Assembly: GCA_013239625.1 (NCBI GenBank)
Contig: MU054575.1
Location: 185,687 to 249,686, forward strand
DNA length: 64,000 nt
Source of the DNA: Lama guanicoe
Taxonomy: Eukaryota
Reading direction: 5' to 3'
Of this stretch, positions 9,066 to 18,904 are shown one piece after another. The notes below the pieces were generated by a model that had not been told where the DNA came from, made no database searches, and worked only from the letters and a program-made list of their open reading frames with translations. Position 1 is the stretch's first letter; every line of letters begins with the position of its first letter. The translations under genes and the position numbers were made by a program.

Positions 9066-12000
9066 CTGCTGTCTTTACACAGACAACAACCCAGCACCTT
9101 TCAGAGGTGCAGTGGGCCAGTGGGGTTGGCCGAAGACCAAGGGGAGAGACCCTGAAATACTTTTGCATTGGGCAAGGCAGCCCCCAGGACCCCTGGGCTG
9201 CTGGAGTCCCTGTGGGAAGGGTTTCCTTCTGGACCTGGTCTCCTGTCCCTGGACTTCCATCCCCTGGGCTCCCAGCCAGGTTCACTCCAGGGCAAGGGGA
9301 CCCCTTGTGCCTCCAAGCATCTGCTGTCACCTTACTGTTGACCCAGGTGACAGGGAGCCGAGTCAGGTCCCATCCCTGTGGTCAGGCTCCCTGTATTGCG
9401 TGGGCTCCTGGGCAGACCCAGAGCGCTCCTGTTGGTTCTGTCTGCTCGGGCCACAGCACCAGGACCCGGAAGTCCTCCCGGTTCAGATCCGCACTCTGCT
9501 CGTGCACCTCTTCTCTTTACTGACTCTCGGCTGGGGAGGATTTGGGGATATTTGGTGACAGCCCGTGACCTCAGGCTGTTTGCCTCCTGATGGGATATTT
9601 GCATTCTATGGACGGAGTGGAGGAGAGGTGGGCGGCAGCTTCCACTGCTGGAGAGGACTCCCTAGCGGAGGGATGGCCAGGGCTCCCCAGGGCTCCCAGC
9701 ACCCGGGCCAGGTCTGGTCTTGGCTGCAGTAGAGTGGGTGGCTCGGGGCTGTGATTCCCAGGCGGGACAGCACCAAGACGAGCTGGGTAGAGCCCCCGCC
9801 CAGGTGCCCAGAGCCTGCAGATGTGGGCGGGCCAGGGAGGCGGGCTGTCGTGGGCAGACCTCTTCTCCCACAGGCACTCTCGGCCCTTGTGCTGCGGGCA
9901 TCTCCAGCCCTGCACGGCTTGACCGGCATCTCACTGCCTCAGCCTCCATCACCCCCACACCCCCAGGAGCAAGATGGAGAGCTCTCCGGAGACACAGCCC
10001 TAGGAAGGAACCCTGCCACACAGAACAAGGTCGCCTCCCAAGCGTCTGCCTGCTGCAACTCATGGGAGAGCCCGGCCCAGTAGCTGCGCCCCCCTCTGGC
10101 CCTCACCTGGGCACTGGGCCACCTAGGGCTACCACCTGACACTGTGCTGCTCCCGTCCAACTGCTCAGCCCTCAGAAAGGTACTCAGACGGCAGGCACCG
10201 CGCCCAGCCCCGGGGACACGGCGTGACTGCCTCGGCAGCTGGGCTGGGGTGCGCAGTGGGCTGTCCAGCCCTTCCGGGCAGGGTCAGCTCCAGGGCAGGT
10301 GCCCGCGGGAAGGGCTGCTGGCGTTTGGAAGCTAGAGGAAAGTGCTGGCTGGTGACGTCTGAGAAGTCACTCTGCAGTCCCCTGCTGGCTTAAGACTGGG
10401 TGATGAGGGCCTCCCAACGCGAGTGACTAGAAAGGGTGTCAGAGCAATGCCCTTCCTCACCCACTGGGGTGAGGCCGGAGCACAGGGGGCGTCTTCGACG
10501 CTGATGCCCGGCAGGCACAGGGGTGACAAGTTGGGTCACCTTGCAGACTTCTCTGACGAGCTGGGAATGACTCCCTGGAGTTCCAAGTGGGGGGCCCGGG
10601 GCTCCATTTAGGCCCACGAGGACATAAGGCCATGGTCACATGGGCTGTCCTGGAAGGAAACTGCAGAAGGCCCCACCCTGAGCCGGGCAGAGGTCCAGGA
10701 GCATCACTGCGTCCGGAGGGAGGCAGAGACAGGAGCACGACGGGGGACAGCCAGGCGCGGCAGAGCCTTCAGGATAGGGTGATGAGCCGGTGTCACGTGC
10801 TGAGGACAGCCGAGGCTGCGGCGGGCAGCCCAGGTCCTGTGGGGCCACGGAGAGTGCGGACCGGGGCGGCGGGGCACAGGCCGGCTGCCGTCACCCGTCT
10901 GTGCTCCTCGGCCCACGCCCGGCCCCTGCCAGCGCTTGTGCCCTGATCCCAGCCCATCAAACCCTTGGAGGCTCCAGTCGAAGAACTAACGCGTCCCCAG
11001 CCTCTGTCCCGGCAGCCCCACATGTGCCTCTAGGCCCCAAGCCCAGCCACTGTTCCCTCTACCTTGCCTCCCCCACGTTCCTTTCTTAGAGGTGGCCTCA
11101 TCACCCTGTCCCTTGCTCTCTCCCAGCCTCCAAATCCAGTCAGTAAGAAGTTAGTCACTTCTACCTCCATGAGCTGGTCCATCTCCCTGCCCTTCCCCTC
11201 CACCCTGCCAGCCCCAGGGCCAAATTCATCAGCAAGACTCAGTGATACCTCCACGGGGTACCAGTCTCCCACCAGGGTGCCAGCCCCCCGCCTGAGTGCC
11301 GTACAGCTTTCCACCAGACTAGCCTCCCACGCAGTGCCAGCCTCCTACCTGGGCATCAGTCTCTCGCCCAGGTGCCAGCCCCTCTTCTGGGTACCAACCT
11401 CCCACCCAGCGCTGTGTCCAGGCCCAGCCACACCAGCTGACCGTCCGCCATCGTCTGAACCTGGATCTGCCACCTCCCCGGAACCCGGCCGGCACAGACT
11501 CTCCCCTCCCTCCCTGTGTGGCCCCCGCGTCCGGGTACAATCGTGTGGCCATCCTAATGCCTCTGGGGGCCCTGGCTCCCGCCTCCTCCTCCTGCTGAAG
11601 AAACTGCTCTCCTCTTCCTCAGCTGCTGCAGGACAGGTCCTGGTCCTGGTGCCCGTTAGACCGAACAGCAGCCCCCCTCAGCCTCCTCGCTGCACACCTG
11701 GCCCCTCCTTCCTGCAGTGCCTCTGGGTAGCACACACATTTCACACTGGAAACTTTGAGAGCTTTTTTAAGCAAACCCAAGTCTTCTCATCTGACACTCA
11801 AAACCTCAGTGTGTGGGCGTCAGGTCACTCCCCTGCCCTCCCCAGAACTGCAGCGTCCCCTCTGCTCCCCAGACAGGGCTGGATGCCTCGGGCCCCACTC
11901 CGGGGGCGGCAGGGCTGAGGAGCAGGAGCCTGTTGGGTGAACCCCTTGGTATTTGTTCCAACCGCATACACCATGCACGGCTAATTGCCCCCCACTTCCT

Positions 12001-12195
12001 TACACACCCATCAAATCTGTTATTAGAAGCTTCTAGTTGCTGTATTGTTATGGTGTTACACTTACCAGCCTCCCTTGCAGCTAGGTGTGCCCGTGGGACT
12101 GGTTCCTGACCTCAGGGACGTGGCCATCCTCCCAGAGGTCCGGACCTCTGTGGCCCCTTCCCCCTGGCTCTGATGTGCATGGATAGTCAGACCCT

Positions 12196-12645
12196 GAAGT
12201 TCCCTGGGGCTGCTGTATCCAAGTCCCACAGACTGGGGGGCACTAGAATAACAGGAATTTAATCATTCACAGTTCAAGAGGCCAGACGTCCAAGATCAGG
12301 GTGTCAGCAGCAGAGGTCCCCTCTGCGAGCTCTGAGGGAGAATCTGTTCCAGGCCCCTCCCCCAGCTTCTGGCCGTGACCCACGGCCCTTGGGGGTCTGT
12401 GGCTGGTGGCCACAGCACTCCCGTCTCTGCCCGGGCCTTCACGTGGCCTTCTCTCTGTGTCTGTGGTTCTCTTTTGACAAGGCGCCAGTCACACAGGCCG
12501 CAGGGCACTTCCTGCTCCAGGAGGACCCCGTCAGTGATCTCTGTCACGACCCTGTTTTCAAATCAGGTCCCATTCTGCAGTGCGGGGGTTAGGGCTCCGA
12601 CCTCTGCATCCGGGCGAGGGAGAGGGACAGAATTCAGCCCACTGC
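12196..12645 (-). mobile_element. ERVL-MaLR solo LTR (MLT1C/D-like)
   Basis: Characteristic ggggctgctgta...caggaattta...cacagttc...gaggccaga.gtccaagatcagggtgtcagcag...gagggagaatctgttcca...ttcaaat.aggtc.cattctg. Confidence 0.8.
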
Positions 12646-13433
12646 ACACCCAAGGTGGAGACCCTGTGTCAGGGGCAGAGCTGCCAGACTGGTGGCGGGC
12701 CTGTCACTCTCGGCCTCATGACCTCACCGCACAGGCAAGCCAGTTCGGCCGGCTCGGGGCCCCGCTCGTGTTCCTTGCTGCCCGGCTGCACCTCCATCCA
12801 CTCTGATACTTGCCTGAGACCAGGCGCCGTGGGCACGCAGAGGTGGCCAGGCTCTGGGTGCGGGCGCAGGTGCAGGTGGGGAGCTCCGGGGGAGCTGAGC
12901 ACAGACAGCATCCAGGCAGGGCTGCTGGGCTGGGAGGAGCCGGCGTGAGTCTGGGAGCCAGCGAGCAGGTGGACTAGGGACAAGGGAGCCGCACTGAGAC
13001 CTGCTCCCCTTGTTTGTCTCAGGTTGCTCTGCTCTGGAGCTGAGGCTCTGCTGACAGCTGGAAAAGCTGTACGTTCTCACCTTGGGAGGGCACCTCTGCT
13101 GCCCAGCCTGGGTTGAGCGAGCTCACCCCGGGGAGGTTGGACACCCGAGCTGAGCGGCCGCATCCGTCGTGGCGCAGATCCCCTGGGGCCCTCCCCCAGG
13201 CTGCCAGCCCCACACCCCCGACCCTCCTCTTCCTCCCTCTGCGACCCACCCAGAGACCCACCGGACTCGGCTGTGAGGGGTAGGATCCCAACCCCAGCGG
13301 CTTCAGCTGGATCCCAGAACTGCGTCCCCCGGGTAGGTGTCCCTTGGCAGCCCTTGGCCCTGATGCCTGTTTATTCTTGCTTCTGGAGGGTTATCCAAGC
13401 AGCCCCAGGACAGCAGCCTTCCAGTGCAGCACC

Positions 13434-13846
13434 TGTAATGCGCTGACGGTGGCCCCCCTAGAAGGTATGTCTCCGCTTCCACCCTCAGCCCTGTGAAGGA
13501 GGCCTCAGTGGGGAGAGTCCTCACAGCTGTAACGGCTTCTTCTGGATCGCCTCGGTGCGCCCTGAATCCAGTGACATGTGTCCTCAGAAGAGAAAGGCAG
13601 AGCGACACAGGGAGAGGAGGAGGACACTTGCAGAGGCCGGAGGGATGTGGCCACCAGCCGAGGGATGCCTGGGGCCCCCAGAAGCTGGAAGAGGCAGGAA
13701 GGACCCCTCTCCAAGCCTTTGGAGGGAGCCCCGCCCTGCCGCCTCCTTGACCTCAGGCCTCCGGCCTCCAGGACTGAGAGAGAAGGAGGGCCGGTTGTGG
13801 AAGTCACCCAGTGTGTGGCCACGTGCATAGCTGCCCCAGGAGCTCG
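13434..13846 (+). mobile_element. ERVL-MaLR solo LTR (MLT1C/D-like)
   Basis: ccctgaatccagtgac..gtgtcctcagaagaga...ccagaagctggaagaggcaggaagga...ccggcctccaggactgagagaga. Confidence 0.8.
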
Positions 13847-14290
13847 GAGGCAGGCTTCACCGTGGAACGAGGGCGTCTCCCCTAATGTTCCCAGTGAAGG
13901 TCCCAGAGATGGGTCTTGTGGCCTAGCGCAGGTCCTCGCCCAGCCTATGTCAACCCCTGGGCCCCAGAAGCCCGATTCTCACACAGCAAGGGCACCCCAC
14001 AATCCTGGGCACGGTGGACACAGCCAGCCCCCCCGGCAGAGATGGAGGAGGGGTCCTGGGCAGGCAGAGATGGCCGGCACCCAGTGCGCCCCAAGACAGG
14101 GCTCAGAGCGTCCTTCCTGCAGACGCCTTCCTGTCTTCACGTCTCACAGTGTCCAGGTCTGTGAGCTTTGACACAGCACAGGGGTCACGGAGCCGTGGCG
14201 GGGGGCTGGGTTGTGCTCTCCATTGCCGCGTCCCCGAATCCCCTTCCCCAGGTGGATTGCGGCTGTTGACCACGCGAGGACACTGCTTGA

Positions 14291-14635
14291 TGTCATGGCT
14301 GAACTGTGTTCTCCAATGTTCCTGCACTAGAGTCCTGAGCCCCAGAACCTCAGAGTCAGGCTGTGTGTGGAGAAAAGACCTTTAAAGGGGTGATTAAGGT
14401 CAAATGAGGTCACTGGGGTGGGCCCTAATCCCGTAAGATCAGTGTCCTTACAAGAAGAGGAGATCAGGACACAGACACACGCAGAGGGACGACCATGTGA
14501 GGACGTGGGAGAAGACGGCCGACTCCAGCCGAGGAGAGAGGCCCGTGGGCGGAGCCGGCCCCGCCCACGGCTGGGCCTCGGACTCCCGCCTCCAGGGCGG
14601 GTGACCGTGACTGTCTGTTGTCCAAGCCACTCAGC
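14291..14635 (+). mobile_element. ERVL-MaLR solo LTR (MLT1A/B-like)
   Basis: Starts tgtcatggctgaactgtgt; contains gtgattaaggtcaaatgaggtca...ggtgggccctaatcc...gtgtccttacaagaagagga. Confidence 0.85.
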
Positions 14636-14979
14636 TTTCCTGTGGCTGCCATGACAAGCCGTCATAAGCCGGGCAACTGAAATCAACAGTAAGTCATTCT
14701 CTTAAAGTCTGGAGACCGGAAGTCAGAAATCAAGGTTGCAGGGCTGGGGTCCCTCCTCAGGCTCCAGGGGTGGGTCCTTCCTACCTCTTCCGGCTCTGGG
14801 GGCTCCAGGCGTCCCTGAGCTGGCGGCCGCCTCCCTCCAGCCTCTGCTCTGTCCTCACGTGGCTTCTCCCCTACATGTCTGTGTCTCCATGTTCAAGGCT
14901 CCCTCTTCGTACAAGGTCACATGTCACTGGGTTGATGGCCCACTCTGCTCCATCGTGGCCCCATCTTCACTTGACTGCA
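14636..14979 (-). mobile_element. ERVL-MaLR LTR (MLT1C-like), tail-to-tail with the previous LTR
   Basis: tttcctgtggctgccatgacaa...ttctct..agtctggaga.cggaagtc.gaaatcaagg...cctcttccggctctgggggc. Confidence 0.75.
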
Positions 14980-17900
14980 GGGAATTCCTTTGGTGTCAGT
15001 TGTTTGGACTCGGTGACACTTGCCACATGGGTCACTCCCGTGGAACCTGCTTTTCCGTGGCACTATGCACACAGAGCTCATTTCTAGTTCTTGATAGAAC
15101 TGTGCTTAATTCTCAGCATTAGTCTGGGCTTCTAAGGGCTGTGCTGTAACGCGATACATCCTGTCGTACTGTTCAAACCCGAGCGCGTACACTCTGTCTT
15201 CACGGAAGCATTGTCAGTTAGTCTGTCACCCCTGGCATGCAGCGTGATGTCCCAGCCATGCTAATGACTTATACTTCAGAATTTTCCAAGGCAGTTCTTT
15301 GGATCCTATAAATGTGAATTTTGATGTAATAACTGCAAATGAAATTACACTGAAACAGTAAAAATAAGAAAGATCAAGTGTGGGCCCCGCTGGCCTGTGG
15401 GCTGTCTGTCGGGATGTCCTGCAGTTGCCACTCCCTGCCTGCATCCCCAGGTCCCTGGCCTCCCCCAGGCCCAATTTCTATTCCTTTCTTCAGGATGCTT
15501 CTCTCTCATTCTCAGCACTCACAGGTCTGAGACCATGGAGGGGCACCCCCCCTACCCCACCACTCTGGAGCCTCCATCCCCCCCAGCTTTCCTCACGTGG
15601 TCCCCTGGCTGCCCCCTTTCTGACTCGCTCAGGAAGACGATTCTCAAACAGCTCAGCCCTGTCTCCAGGGCTCTCACTGCCCTGACCCACTCACCCTCGT
15701 GGGAACTGTCAAGACTCTCCCCAGACAAACATGGTCCACCACCCAGACGACCCCTCAAAGGCAGTCTGGGCTCCGGGCCTCCTGCCCCTCCCCCAAAGGC
15801 TGGTCTGGGGGTCCTCGTCTCCTTGACCCCTGTCCTCCACCCACGGGGACCTCGAGTCTCAGTGAGTGCCCCAAATGCTGCGGGCCAGACCGCGGAGGCT
15901 GGAGAGCTCTCCGCACGGCAGCTTCATGCAGGAGGGGTGTCCAGCTCTTACCTGCGTTGGAGATGGGAAGGGAGTGAGGGGGTGGCCCAACTCCATCTGT
16001 GGGAACGGGTACCAGGGCGCACAGCATGCGTGTGAGGGAGGCTGCAGGAAGAGGGGAGCGGCGTGAGTGCCGGGGGCAGGAGGGGCCTGGGCCGGGGTGG
16101 GGTCTTGAGCCCTGGCCGCAGGTCTGGGTCATAGCAGACGTGTTTACTGAATAAATGAATGAGCGAGTGAGTGTATGAACAGGCTGATGCCAGGAGAAAG
16201 GAAAAGAACGTGGCCTCATCCTTTCAAGGTACAGAGGTGCCTTCCTGGCCCGGATTCCAAGAGGGGAATGAGGGCCTTCCTGCTCTCACCGGGGCGGTTG
16301 CTCCCAGCCCCTTCTAGAATCATCTGGAAGCGAATCCCTTCGAAAACAAATATTTCAGACATCTCAACACAGGCCCTCAAGTGGGAGCCTCAGCAGATGG
16401 CCGGAGGCCTGGACACTCTCCCACAGCCCCAGATGCATGAGCGCACCACCGCCTCTCAGCAGCATCCACGGGGGACACAGGCCTCGGCCAGGAAAGTGTC
16501 AGAGCCGCCAGCCACCTGCCTGGGCCCCCGCCCCTGGGCCCCGTCCATTTTCCTTGGCAGCTCCGGCCATGGACAGGACATTCCTGAAGACTGAGGCTAC
16601 ACGTCGGGGGCTGGGGGCTGGAGAGGCCTTGCGGGTCCATGGTCACCACATGGCCGAGCATCACTTCTGTCTCTTCTGCCCCATCTTCCTGGTCCCTGAG
16701 GTTGACCCGGGAGATGGAGCGCTCTTCCGACATCCCCCGCACAACCAGGCCGGGCCTGCCCGCCCTGGTCTTCGCCTGCTGAGGGCCCTCTCTGCCCAGC
16801 GCCCACGACACACAGGGCCAGATTTGGGCAGGCCTCGGGCCCCATCACAGCGGCCCCCTGTGGTGGGGGCGGCCTTCTGCGATCCTTATCTTCTGCTCAG
16901 GGCCTGGAAGAGGCCTGCTCTGGGCACCTCAACGTCCCCATTTGAGTCTTTCTCCCACCCAGATTGCAAGCTCCCTGAGGACAGACTGGTCGGCAGAGCC
17001 GGCCCATTGGGGAACTCAGGCCAGTGGGCTGAGCGCCGTCACGAGCCCTGGGAGGGGTCCACCCAGCCTACAGAAGACCAGGGAGCCGCATCCTGAGGCC
17101 GTGGGGACGGCAGAAGGGCTGGTCAGGGAGCGGAGGGACAAGAGCCTGGAGGCGGACGGGGTGCTGCCAACAGGCGTGGGAGGACCAGTCTTGGGAGGAC
17201 GTCTTCCAGCACCATGCAGGGCGGGCGCCAACACGCGCAGGAGCCTGCCCAGGGCGTGTGAGTGGGAGGGATTGTGCCCCTCTGGGTCTGGCCCATCAGT
17301 CTCCGTAAGGACCCTCTGCTGGCTCTTCTTCCTCGACCCCCAGCTGGACGGAGAGGACTGCCCGCATTCCCAGGAGTGCGGAGCCACAAGACAGCAGGAA
17401 CCCGGGCCCTGCAGACGCCTGGAGCAGAGTGCCTGCCCTCCGTGGACAGGCCACCTCACTGAGCGGAGACCCACGGCTCCCACTGGCTCGGGAGGACACC
17501 ATGGGGACGGGACAGGATCACAGGGTGGTGATGGGAGAGGCGGCGGGGTTGGGGGGGACCAGGCTTGGAGGTCACCCGGCCTGTGGCTCTGATGGTCTAG
17601 GGTGCAGCCAGCCCACCCAGGACTTGGGCTTGGACCCTCCAACCCATGCCACCGAGAGTTGGGGCAGCCAGGAGTGGGGACGGGAGGAAGCTGTGAAGGT
17701 GAGGGTCTCGAGGAAGAGGGGCTGTTGGCGGGTGGAGACCCCCGCTCTGTCTGAAGGAGCACCAGGGCCTGTCCTTTCTCTCACCCCTCACACCACATTT
17801 TCCGGGAAGAAAGCACTCCCATCTGCGCAGTGGCCCCCGGAGGCGGGCGTCTCCATCTGGGCTGCGCTGATGACCTCTGCTGGAGGGGACTTCCGCGTTG

Positions 17901-18539
17901 ACTCACTTCCCGGCCAAGCTCACGCGGGGACGTGCAGGGGAGGCAGAGGGACAGGGATGCATGGGAGGGAGCTGGCCGCTGGGCAGGGGCTTGGCAGCCT
18001 ACGCTGGGCCTGTCCCCACCTGCGGGGGCGGGATGCTGGCGTGACTGTGAGTCGAGGGCCTGCATTCCCCGTGGCCGGGGATCTGGGGGCGGGGGCCGTC
18101 TCTGCAGCGCGGCCCCTCCGGACTCCTCCCCAGGGTCCTCTCGCACAACTGCTCTGGTACGCCGGTTCCCACACTGTGCTTCCAGCCGCTGGGCCCCAGC
18201 TCCATCCATCACTCGGCTGAGGAAATGTTCACTGCTGTCATCCACCCGGACCTGGGGCCTCTCTGCATCCCTGGACCTCACTCGGGGCAACGGCCCAACT
18301 CGAGCCTCCCCCACTGCTCTCCTCTCCTTGGGCTGCGCACCTGGGCTGGGGCTCCGTCCTGGCCAGCGGGACCCATGACCTGGCTCAGGGCCCGACCCCT
18401 TCCCTGGCCCTGCTCTGGATCTCCCACCCTGCTCTGCTCCAGGCACGTCCAGGCTCCCCTCTTCCCAAGGATGTGCAAACGTGATGCTCTCTCCTCTTCC
18501 CGTGTTCCTGCCGCAGCCTCTCCCGCCTTTTCTGGTGGC

Positions 18540-18904
18540 TGTCAGGGGCCGAACTGTGTTCCCCAAATTCCTAAGTTGGAGTCCTGACCCCCAGTATCTC
18601 AGAGAACTTGGAGGTGGGGGTCTTTACAAAGGTGAATAAGGTAAAATGAAGCCACTGGTGTGGGCCCTAATCCCAGGGGACGGGTGTCCTTACAAGACGA
18701 GATCAGAACGCAGACACACACAGAGGGACGACCACGTGAGGGCCCGGGGAGAAGGCGCCGTGTCCACGGCGAGGAGAGAGGCCCCGAGGAGCCGGCCCCG
18801 CCCACGCCTGGGCCTCGGCTCCCGCCCCCAGGACAGGACGGTCTGCGTCCGCTGGTTAAGCTCCCCTGCAGGGCTTTGTCAGGGCAGCCTGAGCCGACAG
18901 CGAC
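18540..18904 (+). mobile_element. ERVL-MaLR solo LTR (MLT1A/B-like)
   Basis: gaactgtgttccccaaattc...gtcctgacccccagta.ctcaga...taaggtaaaatga...tgggccctaatcc...gtgtccttacaaga. Confidence 0.85.

Larger units (their letters stand above)
2430..9295. promoter_or_regulatory. H19/IGF2 imprinting control region (ICR1 / H19 DMR): CTCF-repeat and octamer-repeat array
   Basis: Repeated gatgt(cc/gt)gagcc(t/a)gc(a/g)ctgccgcct(c/g)gcggcc. Its reverse complement matches the human ICR B-repeat GGCCGCGCGGCGGCAGTGCAGGCTCACACATC. The region is CpG-rich, carries many TGCCGC motifs and dyad octamers, and lies immediately upstream of H19. Confidence 0.93.
8231..9295. repeat. Near-identical copy of 6153-7216 (offset 2078) directly after the gap
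   Basis: About five substitutions seen by eye over ~1060 bp. Confidence 0.9.

Noticed and set aside
1235-9558. Repeated ORFs suggesting a tandem gene family
   Set aside because: They are read-throughs of the duplicated ICR modules, which are explained by CTCF/OCT/ZFP57 repeats.
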